NCBI GenBank assembly: GCA_965603825.1
Contig: CBFDEM010000047.1
Span: 124,001 to 188,000 of the forward strand
Source: Blepharisma stoltei ATCC 30299
Lineage: Eukaryota > Protista > Ciliophora
Length of the DNA: 64,000 nt
Direction: 5' to 3'
Part shown: positions 1-12,675 of the stretch, piece after piece
How the letters are laid out: each line of letters begins with the position of its first letter
Numbering within the stretch: position 1 is the first letter of the stretch
The notes under the pieces: model-generated
Told to the model about the DNA's origin: nothing
Database searches by the model: none
What the model saw: the letters and a program-made list of their open reading frames with translations, nothing else
Position numbers and translations under genes: made by a program

Positions 1-688
1 CAATTTCTTGTATTAATTTCTGGACGTTTTCATCTTCTAGCAACTGCAGCCCAGCCCTTTGCATTACTGCTACCTCAATATTCCTGCTGCCACTTTCTAC
101 CACTTCTAATAGTCCTTTAATAGCTAATTTCAAGGTTTGGTCCATTGACTGATTTTCTTGATAATTTTTCTCTAAAAATTCTACCACATTTTTAGAATTT
201 TTCCCAATAGCTTGAGCTTTCCATGCACTAAAACTTCCAGATGGCTCAGTCATAAATAGTTTTGGTTCTCCTGCTCTTCCAAATCCTACAACTAAAGTTG
301 AGACTCCATAAGGCCTCACGCCTCCTTTTTGGGTGTATTCTTGCTGTGTCCTAGCAATATGTCTGGCAATATATTCAGCAGATGGCGGATCTTCCATTGT
401 CAGCCTAAAACTTTGGCATTCAACCCTTGCTTTATCACATAGCACTCTTGCGTCTGCAGTAAGTCCTGCGAATGCTAATGCAATCCCTTCGTCAAGAACA
501 TGGATTTTCTTGACAGTCCTGGTATCTTGAAGTTTAGCAGCAGCTTTTCTTTCAACAGCAAGCACAATGCAGTCAACTCCTTGAACCCCAACAGCACAGC
601 GGCCTTTTCTGACAGCTTCCATTGCATATTCCACTTGAAATAGATGCCCATCAGGTGAAAATATAGTGATAGCAGTATCGTATGACAT
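1..688 (-). CDS. PSMA7: 20S proteasome subunit alpha type-7 (alpha4); 3' end runs off the window
   Basis: Manual translation from ATG 688: [29 protein letters not shown]...[11 protein letters not shown]...[13 protein letters not shown]. Carries the proteasome alpha N-terminal signature. Not in the ORF track because it lacks a stop in the window. Confidence 0.95.
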   Translation of the reverse strand, partial: MSYDTAITIFSPDGHLFQVEYAMEAVRKGRCAVGVQGVDCIVLAVERKAAAKLQDTRTVKKIHVLDEGIALAFAGLTADARVLCDKARVECQSFRLTMEDPPSAEYIARHIARTQQEYTQKGGVRPYGVSTLVVGFGRAGEPKLFMTEPSGSFSAWKAQAIGKNSKNVVEFLEKNYQENQSMDQTLKLAIKGLLEVVESGSRNIEVAVMQRAGLQLLEDENVQKLIQEI

Positions 689-719
689 CTTTATATGATA
701 ATTTTAGTAAATGATTAGA

Positions 720-2021
720 TTAAACTAGTCCTTGTGCCTCATACCATCTTAAAGCTTGAATAAACGACTCTAAAGAGACAATTCCTGCAAATTGTAACGC
801 TTTTGAGCAGACTGCTTCAAGTTTCCCACGTTTAATTTCCATACCAGCGCAATCAAATAAGTCTTTTATTTCTTCTTTAGGTCGCTCTCTTCTGAATTCT
901 TCAATTGTTATGCCATAGCGAAGCCAGAAATCAGGGTATAATAATTGTACAGCTGATGCTTCATCTCCGTAATTATTTGGATCTGCAACAGATTTAAATG
1001 ACTTTTTGGGTATATCGTTTCTAATTGTAGGGACACCAAACTGTCTATCTTCGTCTCCGTCTTTTACAGTGTTTCTAAAGCCGAGCCTATTAGTTCTCCC
1101 TAAATCTGGATCAGGCTGCACCTCTCTTTTATTAGGCTGCCCATGTATGCATTGTTTAGCTGTCCACTCATTTTTTCGATGAATTGAAGATCCAAATGCA
1201 TGGTCTTCTGGCAAATTTGGCTTTCCCTGGCCTAAATTTCTGGGTTTTCCTAAATCTTCATGTGCAGTTGACCTGAAATCTTCAACAGTTTTTTGGACAA
1301 TAATTGTCTTTGGATGAGTGCTTCCATATTTTTCTGGCTGCAATGAAATTGCAGCCCCATCTAACTGCTTAGGATCAGGCAGGCCAAATCTATGTTCATG
1401 TTTATCAACTGGCCAATTATAATCTCTCCTTATTTGTTCTCCAGCTTCAGTGACCCCATGAGATTTATAATACATTTTTCTAACATCATCAGGCTCCATT
1501 GTTTTTCCACCTGGAGGGAAAATCAAAGTATAAGCGCTTTCACTGCCTATTGTCTTGACACCATATTTAAAATCAGGCTCATGCACTACGCCTGGCATTT
1601 CATAATTTCTCTCCATAGGCCTTCCAAGTGGCTCACGAATGCTTGAAGCGTATTTATCTTCTTTAAGTTTATTAGCGAATTCTGTAAGTCCTTGAAGCTG
1701 ATTTGGCTTTATGACTTCATGGACATGGTCTGATCCGTGAGTCTTTTTGCCATATGTAAAAGACTCTGGGGGAAGAGGATCGTCTGCGACTCCGTAATGG
1801 ATTTGTTTAGCGCCTGGCTCTTCATTGAAGCTTTTTCTGAATTTTTTGATGTTTGGTGGAGTAGATGTACGGGGTTGTTCTGGCTTGATACAGAACTCAG
1901 CACCTTCGTCAGGCATTTTGGTTACTAGTCCTGCAGGAGGGAGGTTTGCGTTCATTCGAGGCTGATTTTGAAAACCTGCGTTTGAGTAGTAAGAAGCTTG
2001 AAATGGAGGTTTGAGAGCCAT
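720..2021 (-). CDS. EFHB: EF-hand domain family member B / CFAP21-like ciliary protein
   Basis: 433-aa ORF with FGVPTIRNDIP...SVADPNNYGDE..A..LLYP and Y.SS.REPLG motifs, which I recognise from the EFHB family. Confidence 0.8.
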   Translation of the reverse strand: MALKPPFQASYYSNAGFQNQPRMNANLPPAGLVTKMPDEGAEFCIKPEQPRTSTPPNIKKFRKSFNEEPGAKQIHYGVADDPLPPESFTYGKKTHGSDHVHEVIKPNQLQGLTEFANKLKEDKYASSIREPLGRPMERNYEMPGVVHEPDFKYGVKTIGSESAYTLIFPPGGKTMEPDDVRKMYYKSHGVTEAGEQIRRDYNWPVDKHEHRFGLPDPKQLDGAAISLQPEKYGSTHPKTIIVQKTVEDFRSTAHEDLGKPRNLGQGKPNLPEDHAFGSSIHRKNEWTAKQCIHGQPNKREVQPDPDLGRTNRLGFRNTVKDGDEDRQFGVPTIRNDIPKKSFKSVADPNNYGDEASAVQLLYPDFWLRYGITIEEFRRERPKEEIKDLFDCAGMEIKRGKLEAVCSKALQFAGIVSLESFIQALRWYEAQGLV

Positions 2022-2799
2022 TTGGAATATATAAATAACTGCTATTTAAATAAAGAATTAAAAAATCCTTATGAAATGTTGTAAGCTGAAAAGAAATTAA
2101 ATGCTTTATAAGAAATATTTTAAAAGATATCAGATATTGATGAATTTAATGAAATTGGAGTAAAGTCCTGATGCTTCACGTTTTATCTCTTTTTTAAATC
2201 TTCACAGGTTTTCCCCCAATATTTCAGGCTAAGCTACTTTTAATATTTATTGAATCAGATTTGTCTTGGCTTTTCACTACTAAAGATTTCATTCTATAAT
2301 TGCTATTTTTTAACCTCAAGATCAATTTCATCTTTTCATTTGTTTTTATATTGCATAATTAGACTTTTTCAATTATTATCATCACTCTCTCATTTACAGG
2401 CTACAAATAATCTTTTCGGCATATGCTTGAATAAATTTCTTCAATTTCCTAAAATATTTCATTTCTCATTAATCCAGCACATTAGAAATTCTTAATAGAT
2501 CCTAATATCATTCCAAATCAATTGAATGCCAATTTTTTTCTCTTTAATATAGAAGCCAAGATATGCTTCTCTGTACCACCTGTTTTAATAAAATAAAGCC
2601 TTTTGCCTTTTACATTCAGAGCTAGAATACTTATAGCAGTGAAACTAAGCTAATGTTGTAGAAGCCATGAACTCTTACATTTTTAAACTAGATTCACATC
2701 AGATTTTACTATTAAAAATGTCGGCACTCAAATTTAAGATACTTACTTAATTTTATCCCTAATCGAAAAATTCTGTTTTGAAATAAAATATTAATTAAA

Positions 2800-3021
2800 T
2801 TAAAAGTTATGATTTCTCAGATGTCCAAATGAAGGCGTGCACAATGGAGGTGGACCGAACATATCTTTTTTAGGGGTGGACACTTGAAGTCCTCGGAATT
2901 CAAACAAAGGATCATTTGAGTTTTTTTTAAGCATTCTGGATATAGGACTGAGATTTGGATCTTGTTCTCCAAATGGGTTTAAGTTTTCGTCGTTTTCTTG
3001 TATCTGGTAGCTTTTTTCCAT
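2800..3021 (-). CDS. small hypothetical protein (73 aa)
   Basis: ATG-to-TAA ORF, GC higher than the AT-rich flanks, Pro/Ser-rich. Confidence 0.55.
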   Translation of the reverse strand: MEKSYQIQENDENLNPFGEQDPNLSPISRMLKKNSNDPLFEFRGLQVSTPKKDMFGPPPLCTPSFGHLRNHNF

Positions 3022-3506
3022 TTTAAATATTTCATATCGATAATTTTAGCGAAATATATGAAAATGGGGCAACTTAATTTTTGAATTATTTTATTGCGTA
3101 CTTTATGGATTCTTGGGGAATTAATTTAAAATTGCTGATATCGGGTCTCCTATGCCGTATAAATTGTTTTATTATTTCTTTATACTTGAGAGGTAAGCAA
3201 TGCTAAATGTTAATTATGAAAAATCTTTGATTTACCAAAATAAGATTAACCAAATTAAACTCTAAAGGCAGCCTATAAAGCAATTTCTTAAATTAAATAT
3301 TATTTAAATATATACAAATGATGATACTATTAATTTAAAATCGTCAATTTTTAGATAAAATTTACTTTCTAAACTTATTCTACCATATAAAATTATTTTT
3401 TATATTTTATTAGAAATCCTTCAAGTAATTTCCACTTTGAGCCATTTTCTGATTTCCTTACTATCAAATCCCTTTTTTTATTATCTAATGGAAATTAATC
3501 AAAGAA

Positions 3507-4670
3507 ATGAGTGAAAGCAAAAATAAAAGCGTAAGAATCGCAAATATTTCTCTCAGCCCTGATTTAAGCTCAGTTATTAATACTTCATCTGACCAGTCCG
3601 GAAATACTCCAAAACGTATTTTATTTGTAAATAGAAAAATAAAAGGATTAAAAAATGTTGAAACACCATCACTAGGATCCTTAGAAGAAGATTTCATGCT
3701 CGAAACTGACGGAAACGCTAAAAATTTTTTAAAAGAAAAAAATTCCACCACAGGTGTATACTCAGCCAGCAATATTTTAAGCGGTTTACAATATGACGAT
3801 AATGGAAACATTATCCCTTACTCGATAGTTGGATCACCAAAATTATTTGAAACTAATAAATCCCTAGTTTGGGAAAGTTTTGAATCCAAACTGTCAGAAA
3901 CTGACAAACAAAGAATAAGCAAGCACGCGATTTTTAATAAAAAAGCTTATAATCTAGACCCTGAAAAAGAATTCAAGGAAAAACTTAAAAGAATTAAAGA
4001 AGGCTCGATAAAAGAAGAATTGTTAAAAAACGAAAAATTAAGAAAAATGAGGCCGAGTGAAAGAATTATACAAGAGAGACAAGAAAAAATACTAGAAGCT
4101 TTTAAAAATACTGAATACAGATGGAAAAAATTAGAAAAATCATTAGGGAAAAAATTGAACAAAAATGAAGGAGATCTATTGGCGAACCGAGCACAGGAAT
4201 ATAGAGAAAAAGTTGAAGAATGGGATTTTTTAGATAGAACGATTTCAGCTAAAGAAAAAGCTGGAAAGTTTTCATGGTATATGTCATTAAGAGATAAGTC
4301 GAAAGAAAAACTTGATACTTATCTGCATGTAGGGAATAAATTTTCTGGATTATTTTCAAGAGTGACAGAAAGATCAGGCGAACCTGAGCCAGTTATAAGA
4401 AAGCCAGGCTTAGCAAGAACCTTAAATAAGACTTTTAGAGATGAGCCATATTTTCAAAAGAGAATTCAAGAGGAATCTAAGTATAATGACAAGGGCGTAA
4501 ATTTTATGGAAGCTGAAGATCTATTAGTGCTTGGGGTTGCTAAATTTCCTTTAGAATTAGAAGCAGCAAAAATTGGAGGACTTGAAAATGTGAAGCCTAG
4601 TTTAATTGAAATTCGAGAGCATGAGGAAATTATTGCTGAGAATTATGATGAAAATTATATTAGAAATTAA
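3507..4670 (+). CDS. coiled-coil protein, possibly similar to the MYCBPAP N-terminal region
   Basis: 387-aa ORF; the segment DLL.NRAQEYREKVEE...WYMSLR is reminiscent of MYCBP-associated protein homologues (weak). Confidence 0.7.
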   Translation: MSESKNKSVRIANISLSPDLSSVINTSSDQSGNTPKRILFVNRKIKGLKNVETPSLGSLEEDFMLETDGNAKNFLKEKNSTTGVYSASNILSGLQYDDNGNIIPYSIVGSPKLFETNKSLVWESFESKLSETDKQRISKHAIFNKKAYNLDPEKEFKEKLKRIKEGSIKEELLKNEKLRKMRPSERIIQERQEKILEAFKNTEYRWKKLEKSLGKKLNKNEGDLLANRAQEYREKVEEWDFLDRTISAKEKAGKFSWYMSLRDKSKEKLDTYLHVGNKFSGLFSRVTERSGEPEPVIRKPGLARTLNKTFRDEPYFQKRIQEESKYNDKGVNFMEAEDLLVLGVAKFPLELEAAKIGGLENVKPSLIEIREHEEIIAENYDENYIRN

Positions 4671-4837
4671 TATCAAACTGCTTATAATATATCTAAAATC
4701 TTTTGTAATTCCATAAAAATTTAAAATTTAGTAAGATATATTAAAGGTGAAATAATTAAAATCCATTTTTAAAGTATTTCATATCTTCCATTTTTCCTAT
4801 TAAAAGTCAATCTATTCTTATGGGCTTATAATGGAAA

Positions 4838-5041
4838 ATGTTTCGCAACTATTTACACCTTCCCAAAACCATCAAAATTCAGCCCTTTAAGTGGAATGAC
4901 TCAAGCCGGATGTTAGAAGCTGCAAAAATAAACTCTCCACTCCACTTCAATAACCTTGTTGAAAAACGGGTTTACAAGCAGAAATCCGAGCCACCAGAAG
5001 TCCCATCATCGAGAGTCAGGATCTTTAACGAGCTGAAGTAA
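4838..5041 (+). CDS. small hypothetical protein (67 aa)
   Basis: ATG-to-TAA ORF of coding-like GC content within AT-rich flanks. Confidence 0.5.
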   Translation: MFRNYLHLPKTIKIQPFKWNDSSRMLEAAKINSPLHFNNLVEKRVYKQKSEPPEVPSSRVRIFNELK

Positions 5042-6281
5042 TATAACTAAGCCTTTATAACTTTAAATTCTTTCTTTTTCTTAAAATTTTAACTTTTAAG
5101 TAAATGGTCCTTCTTCTGCATCTCGGCCAATTTGGGCTTGCCAGAACGAACTGATAGATGAATTTATCATAATTCTAAATTGATTTATATATAGGAGAAA
5201 TAAAAAGCCAAAAGACTTAAAAGCTTTTGTCTGAGTAGGGCTGACAGAAGAGCTGATAATAGCCTGACAATAATTTTTTGACTAAGAGAAATCAAAGGAA
5301 AGGAAAAATCCAACGATCAAAATTATTCACTCTTTTATACTTAGAATAACAAAATAAGACTGTTTTGACTTTTAAAAATTAAGAAAAGCTGAGCTATGGT
5401 TTTAAGGGAATTTTATGGTCCTGCTTATTAAATTGAAATAAGGCGGTTGAAATCAGAAATTTAAATTAAAACTTATAATAAGCAAATAAATTTATTTATC
5501 AAATTATAGAACTGCGAAACGATATTATATTTATTACAGCTGATAAGATGTCAATAATAAAATGTAAATAATCCATTTGGTATAATTGTTCGCTTTAATC
5601 TAATTGCTAATAAATCGCTTAAATTACTCAAATATTATATCATTGGGGAAAATTTCAGTAATACTTTTTCCAAAATAATAATCCGAAAAATTCGATCCTG
5701 TAGGCTATGATATAATTAATTTTCTAGCATTTAAAAATTTACTTTTATAGACCTATACTGAGGATTTAAATCAATTCTAGATGTTGTATATTTAAAACAA
5801 GCTGGCTCTCAAATAGAATGCAAATAGAGCCAAAATATATCATTTTTTCGAATTATTATTTAAATAAAATTCGAAATTACTATATTTTAATGGAATAATA
5901 GGTAAGTTTCGCTATATTGAAATTATTAATTTAAGATTAAATTCTAACTTTTATTGACATATTTAATACATAACGCAAGCATTTCAATATAGAAAATTTA
6001 AAAAATTGTAGATCATTTGAGTAGAAATTCAAAATATTATTAAATATGCTTAGAAATAATAATAAATTAAATTATGCCGCATTTACTATCTTTCAAAGCT
6101 AAATAAAGATATTCGCCCATATTTTAAGAATTTCTCATAAATATGTCACTTTAAGCCTGGCAATCCCTAATTTTCCCCTAATTCTCTATGCTTGATAATT
6201 TCCTTTAAAATTCATCCTTTGGATGCTACACAATTTCATCCACACTTTCAATCCAGTAATAAATTATAAACATTACTCCCA

Positions 6282-8036
6282 ATGGACAGCTGCTTGTGTG
6301 CGCACACAAATTGCAAAAAGTCTCCAGAATGGGTCTGCAACCACCAAGAAGGCACTTCCTTCTTATGTAGCGACCATCTCAAGTCTCACATGTCTGACGA
6401 GTCTCAGCCTCATGCTTTATCCATTCTTCAGTGTCTTAACCCCGTCACCAGAAGCTGGATATTAGATTATTTTATAAAGGAAAAACAGAGTCTTGAACAA
6501 GCAAAAGCTAATCTTATTAAATGTCTTGAGTCGAAACTAACAGAAGCAGAAAATACGCTTGCCAGTGATCTTGAGATTTTAGATAGTGAAATTACTAAAA
6601 TTCATAATATTCAATATGAAATTATGTCAGCACCAGAAATTCTGCCAAAAGATGCAAGCCCTTTTGTGAAGCTCGCTACTTTGCCAAAAGAAGACGCATT
6701 ACAAAGGCTTCAAGAGCTATATAAGAGCTTCTTACAAGAGGCAATAACGAGGATGATTTCTTCGTATAGTTGGCAGAGTCTGGAAGATTTCGAAAAAAAA
6801 TGTGAAAAAATTAAGGAAGAAATGAATGAAGTCATGGAGAAAAAAATCGATGAAATTGTGAAGGAGAATGAAGAGAGAATTAAAAATCTTAAGCTTGAAA
6901 GCGAGAATTTGGTGGAAAAAATGAAAGTAAATTTTAATGAAAAATTAAAAGAAATTGAAAATAAACACAAAAATGAAATTGAAGAAATTAAATCAAATTT
7001 CCAAAAGGAATTTGAAACGAGACTTCAAACAGCCCAAGAAAGTTATTTAAAGCCATATGCAATTAAAAATGAAGATAACGAGTTTAGGAGTTTAAATTCA
7101 AGCCAAGCAAATGATTTTGAGTTTGATATGGGATCAGAGGCGTCTACTGAAAGCTGGACAATTTCGTTTAATAAATTTACAGGAAGAGAATGGTTTCCTT
7201 TTCCGCAGTTCAAGATTGATTTCTCAAAGCCAGCGCCTATCCCAATAGTTTCTTCAAATAGTATATCAATTTTTAAGCATTGGACAAAAGAGCTTATTAT
7301 AGGAAAATTAGAAAGCGACTCTAATAAATCCATTCAGCTTTCTCTTTTTGAGTCAATGGATTTAAGGACATCAATGTGTCCACTAAGTGATAATTATATT
7401 TTCTGCTATGGGAATCACCCATGCACAGGCATTACTTTTCTGATCGATCCATTTATGAGGATAATCCATCTTGCTCCAGGCTATCCATGTCATGGCTCAG
7501 GAAGTATTTTTTACAATAATAAAGTCTACACTTTTGGAGGTTTTGACGGGAAAAACTTAGTCCGAGCTGCTTATTTCGACCTCAGTCAAAACTTTTGGCA
7601 TCAGTTATCTCCTATGCCGAAGCCTTCAGCCAGATGTTCCTGCGTCATCTATGGGAATATGATCCTCCTAACAGGAAGGCAGCATTCTGATGCGTATTTG
7701 TATGACATTAATACAAATTCGTACTCAGCGTTAGGGCTGACCTTGCTAAAAGACTCAACCAAAATAATTCTAACAGGGAACAACAGTGTCTATATAATAG
7801 ACGCCAAAGGCTTTATATATAAAAATGAAAAAGGTGACATAAATATATGGAAGCCTATAAAAGAAGCCAAATTGAAGGACAGATGGCTGAACTCATATAG
7901 AGTGCTGTATAATAGCTCTGTATACTTCATTTTGGATCACAAGCTATATAGATTTGATTTGGAGAGTGAAACAATAAAGAGCGTCAAAAAAGATGTGACC
8001 GCGCTTTCTGAGAGAGATATTGAGATTTCTCTTTAA
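6282..8036 (+). CDS. N-terminal Cys/His (B-box-like) + coiled-coil + Kelch-repeat protein
   Basis: 584 aa: CxxxxC...C...CxxH...H N-terminus, long E/K coiled coil, Kelch blades (VYTFGGFDG...FD...WHQLSPMP). Confidence 0.85.
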   Translation: MDSCLCAHTNCKKSPEWVCNHQEGTSFLCSDHLKSHMSDESQPHALSILQCLNPVTRSWILDYFIKEKQSLEQAKANLIKCLESKLTEAENTLASDLEILDSEITKIHNIQYEIMSAPEILPKDASPFVKLATLPKEDALQRLQELYKSFLQEAITRMISSYSWQSLEDFEKKCEKIKEEMNEVMEKKIDEIVKENEERIKNLKLESENLVEKMKVNFNEKLKEIENKHKNEIEEIKSNFQKEFETRLQTAQESYLKPYAIKNEDNEFRSLNSSQANDFEFDMGSEASTESWTISFNKFTGREWFPFPQFKIDFSKPAPIPIVSSNSISIFKHWTKELIIGKLESDSNKSIQLSLFESMDLRTSMCPLSDNYIFCYGNHPCTGITFLIDPFMRIIHLAPGYPCHGSGSIFYNNKVYTFGGFDGKNLVRAAYFDLSQNFWHQLSPMPKPSARCSCVIYGNMILLTGRQHSDAYLYDINTNSYSALGLTLLKDSTKIILTGNNSVYIIDAKGFIYKNEKGDINIWKPIKEAKLKDRWLNSYRVLYNSSVYFILDHKLYRFDLESETIKSVKKDVTALSERDIEISL

Positions 8037-8341
8037 ATAATATATCACTTTCAAAAGATAAGTCTGGATATATACGATTAATTTATATGTAATTTGCTAT
8101 TAAAAGATTATATAATGAGGAAAATTGAATTTTTGACTTAAAAAATATTCATGTATAGAATACCGCTCTTTTATTAGTATTTAAATAAATTCCAAAATCA
8201 CAGACTTTCAAGGTGCAGCACATCTAAGCACTGCTCATAAGACTATTTTAGCATATTTTTTATTTCTTCATGTTATTTCTAACGTTTTTTCTTGTTTTCA
8301 TGAATACCTCCATAAGAGTTTATAACAATTATTCATAATTT

Positions 8342-8950
8342 ATGAATTCAAACAAGTTCCCATCATTAGGATACAGCAACCGGCTGAGAAGCCAAACTCC
8401 TTATACACAAGCTACATACACAGAAATTCTTGAAGATCTTGAAATGCTAAATTGGCATAAACCAGCATCTTCACAAAATGAGATTCATTTCCCTCCAAAA
8501 ATTTTGAAAAAAAGAAAGCGGACAGTCAATAAAATAGAAAATCTTGATGAAGATTTGGCAATTGAAAGCTTGATATCTTTGATGATGACAAAAAAGCCTG
8601 CCCTTAAAAAATTTTCTGTTAAAAAAATTGTTAAAAAATGCGTATCATTTGAAATTCTTCAAGAAAATGTGGACCCAGTTAGGAAGGTTCAAGTTGTTTC
8701 AGAAAGTAAAATAATGCAAAAAATGACAAATCAATGGGTTTCTCCTTATTTTGTGAATTTTAGCTTTCCGAAAAGTGCGTTTGTATTGCCGACAGCGAAG
8801 GAATGGAAAAGTTTGGGGTTTCCTTATCAGGATTCTGAGGCGAAGATAAGAAAATTACCGCTTGAGGATGGGAAAATTCTTCAAAATAAGGTGTCGTTTT
8901 ATCAAAACGTAGGAGAAAGATTAGACTTGATTTCGCAAAAGATTACTTAA
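8342..8950 (+). CDS. hypothetical protein (202 aa)
   Basis: Intact ATG-TAA ORF. Confidence 0.7.
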   Translation: MNSNKFPSLGYSNRLRSQTPYTQATYTEILEDLEMLNWHKPASSQNEIHFPPKILKKRKRTVNKIENLDEDLAIESLISLMMTKKPALKKFSVKKIVKKCVSFEILQENVDPVRKVQVVSESKIMQKMTNQWVSPYFVNFSFPKSAFVLPTAKEWKSLGFPYQDSEAKIRKLPLEDGKILQNKVSFYQNVGERLDLISQKIT

Positions 8951-9382
8951 TGTAATTTAATGGTACTCTATTTAAATAATTTAGCTTTTAGCCATATTTT
9001 GTAAAAGTTTCAAATATTTATATTTTTATGGTATTTTTGATAGCTTTTGCATTAATTTTTAAGTTTTTTTCCATTTAAATTCTCACTTGCATGCCTAGCG
9101 TATAAATTTGAAACTTTATCTGAAGACACTAAAATTAAATTGCCTTGCAAATGATAATTTATTTTTTCGAATTTATCGATTAATTCATTCTTTTAAAATA
9201 GCTTAAATTTGTATATTTCTTAATTACTGTTTTTATCTTTATTAGGAAATAACTTAGAAAATAATTATTTTTTTAGTGTTAACTCTATCATAAACTAAAA
9301 TAGACTTAAGCCATATTAGTTTATTACGCTTATTCACTGAGCTGTTATGAAACTTTTTATTAATAAATATCGAGTTGTTGAG

Positions 9383-10972
9383 ATGGGGAATGCAGCAAAT
9401 AAACAAAATAAAAAGAACTCTAAGAAAATTCCAGAGTTCTATTATCTCAACCGCAAACGGCAGAGACTTCTCCACATTGAGCCAGGCCGGCTAACTTCCT
9501 CCCAATTTCAACCAGCTGTTGTTTTTCCTCCTGACTCAGCCATTGGCTATGTCCAAGGCTCTTGTATTATGGTTGCAGGAGGATCTGAGCTAAACAAGTT
9601 TATCACGCGAGTTGCACTAATAAATACTTCAACAATGAAGCTCAAGTTTTTGAGCCCACTTCCTATTGCTGCAAAGGAAGGTCATTTATACGAGTACAAA
9701 GAATGAGTTTATTATGTAGGCGGGCTATCAGAAGCCAAACTTGATCCTAGATCTCCACAGGATGAGCCAGCCCCTTTAATGAGATACCATATAAATAAAA
9801 ACAGGTGGGAATATTTTGTAAATTATGAAGATGAAGGTTTAGTAAAAAGAAAGATTTTGGTAGAAAAAGAGATCCAAGAGGACGAAGAGGTCCATTTAAC
9901 AGTCGACAAAAGCGAAAAGACCCTTTATAAATTCGAATTAACTGAGCTTACGCTCAGAGACTTGCTATTACCTGGCTCTTTTATGAGCAATGCAAAAATA
10001 TATTTTATTGGAGGGTTTATTATGGACCGAATTGGGAGACTGATTCCAAATAAACAAGTTTTTTCTTTAGATTTGTCCTTAAGTAAGCCAAAATTTCAAA
10101 TTGAGCCATTTAAAATTCCTTATTTAGTTATACGGCCTATATGCTCAAATGGAGGTAAGCATATATTAATTACTGGTGGGTTGAATCCAAGGTCAGGGAG
10201 ACCTAGTCAATATAGTTATGTTTTGACTTTAGCAGATACTTCTGCGACTTTCACACCTTTAGATGTACTGCAAGTCGAGCTTCTTGAAACTTGCGCACCT
10301 ATTTCTATGGAGCATTATGTAATTTTCCCTAATTACCCACTTGTCCCTGTAAGAAGAAGGCACTTAAAGGAGTGGCAAATATTTGATATAAAAACAGAAA
10401 AGAAGTCAAAATTTATTGAAACAAAAGAATTGATAAAAAATGAAAATGAAGTAGGTGATGACAAAAGAGCACCAATTAAAAAAGTTAGACCAATGATAAT
10501 ACCCTTAGGAACTTTTATCAGTGAAGAAGAAGGATTCGAGTTTACAAGGAAAAAAAATGAGAGCGCATTAGAAGAGGATGGGGTTATCATAAAAATGTGT
10601 GAAATAGACTATGAGGAAGAAGATGACGATATAAAAGACCCTTCAAAAACTGAGCAAAAAATCGAAATTGAAAGACCTGAATCATTCATAGCATATGATC
10701 CAAAAAGGATACAAATGAATAAAAATGTAAAAAAGGATTATGATTTAATTGAAAGCTCAGAAAGATCCAATAGCAGAAGAAACACTAGTGTAAGCAAAAA
10801 CTCGAAAAATATGAACATAGAAAATAGTTTGTCTAAGGAGAAAAAAAGAGATAAATCGCTTCCTACGCACCCAAAATGTCCTAGCAATGAAAATATGATT
10901 GAAACTACGACTAAATCAAGAGGGAATCTTGAAGATTATTTCCTTAAAAATTTAAAAAATAAAAAGCATTAA
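9383..10972 (+). CDS. Kelch-like beta-propeller protein, paralogue A (one UGA-Trp)
   Basis: ORFs 9347-9706 and 9779-10972 are in one frame, joined by TGA 9704-9706, which aligns with TGG in paralogue B (E-W-VYYVGG). Likely start MGNAANK at 9383. Confidence 0.85.
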
Positions 10973-11081
10973 TTTTGATTTCCTTTAGAGAAATAATAAA
11001 AATTTAACTGATTAAATAAAATTATAGTAAATCATTTATGCAGTTTTATTTTAAAAATAAATTATTTATTAAAAAAATCAA

Positions 11082-12497
11082 ATGGGCTGCAAATTATTTA
11101 AACCTTCAAAAACCAAAAACTCTTCTATCGACCCATTCTACTACTTAGATAGAAAAAGACAAAGACTCCTATACATCCACCAAGATAAAATAATTGCTTC
11201 TCAATTCCTTTCTTCTATCATATTTCCTCCAGACTCTGCTGTCTGCTATCTAAATGAATCATGCATTCTTGTTGCCGGAGGTACAGATGGCAGCTCATTT
11301 TCCACAAATTTTATATTAATCAATGCTTTAAGGATGAAAATCAAATTTTTAGCATCCCTGCCAGTTGGAGTTAAAGAAGGGAGCTTATATATTTATGAAA
11401 ATTGGGTTTATTATGTAGGTGGGGTTTCTCATGCTATTCTTGACTCAAGATCTGTTCAAGAAGAAGCTGCTCCTCTTATGCGGTTTGATTTAGAAAAAAA
11501 TCGCTGAGAATATTTTGTTGGGCCTGATATACAAGAGTTCATGAAAAGAAAAATGCAGAATATTGGGGAGAATGATGAAGAATTTGATCCAAGCGAAAAT
11601 AATTTATATAAATTCGATTTGGACCAATTTACGTTAAGAGATTTATTTTTACCTGGGACGTTTATGAGTAACCATAAGATTTATTTTATTGGAGGATATA
11701 TTATGGACAATATTGGAAAATTAATTCCAAATAGCCAAATTTTTTCATTGAATTTAAGAGGGGATAAGCTAAGACTTGCAGTTGAGCCTTTCACAGCTCC
11801 ATTTAACGTAATAAAACCTATATGCTCATCAGGAAATCAGCATATTATTATAACGGGAGGATTTGATCCAAATACTGAGCAGCCAAGTCCTTTAAATTTT
11901 ACATTATCATTAAACAAATCCTATATAAAATTTACCCCTTTAGACGTTCTACCTATTAATCTCCTAGAATCATGCTGCCCTATATACAAAAACGACACCA
12001 TTATTTTCCCAAATTTCCCGATCGTTCCTATAAGACGAAAATTAAAAAAAAATTGAGAAATTTTTGACGCAGGAAAAAATAAAAAACACAATTTCATGGT
12101 AACTGCGGATTTGATAAAATGTGTGAACAAAAAAGGTGAAAACGATAATCCACCTATTAGAAGGATTAGAAGAATGGCAATTCCTATAGGAGTTTTTAAA
12201 AGTAAAGAAGAAGGCTTTGAATTTTTAAAAAAAATGGACGAGAGTAAATCAATGATTGCAGATGACGAAATTAATATTGATATTGATGAAGTGGAAACCA
12301 ATTGCAGAGAAGAGTCATCACCAACAAATAACAGCAAGCAAGCTGAAAGCTTTTCTATTTGCAATAAAAGCACTCCCATAAATGAAAAAAATCTACTTAT
12401 TACGAATGTCGAAGGCCAGCCTAAAAAAATAGTTATAAAATCCAAGGAAAAAGAGAAATACCATAGTGCTCATAAAAATTTTATTATTTATGAATAA
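11082..12497 (+). CDS. Kelch-like beta-propeller protein, paralogue B (two UGA-Trp)
   Basis: Three in-frame ORFs joined by TGA 11505-11507 and 12054-12056, which align with W in paralogue A (NRWEYFV, KEWQIFD). Starts MGCKLFK. Confidence 0.85.
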
Positions 12498-12675
12498 TTA
12501 AATACTCCATATTAATTTTCTTTGCTAATAGAATAATCTAGATACTTAAATCAATTGATTTTAATCATTATAAATACACTTATTATCTCGTTTTCTTAAC
12601 AAAAAAAAGCATATAAAGATCTTATATCTTAATTTTTCATATCAGCTTGAAAAAGCCATAAAAAAATACCATAAA

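Noticed and set aside
2150-2750. Possible gene or pseudogene in a mildly coding-like intergenic stretch, and a U5-like GCCTTTTAC
   Set aside because: No long frame free of TAA/TAG, no recognisable motif, and no U5 stem around the loop sequence.
5100-5300. Slightly GC-richer patch downstream of the 67-aa ORF
   Set aside because: No ORF, structure or homology that I can support.
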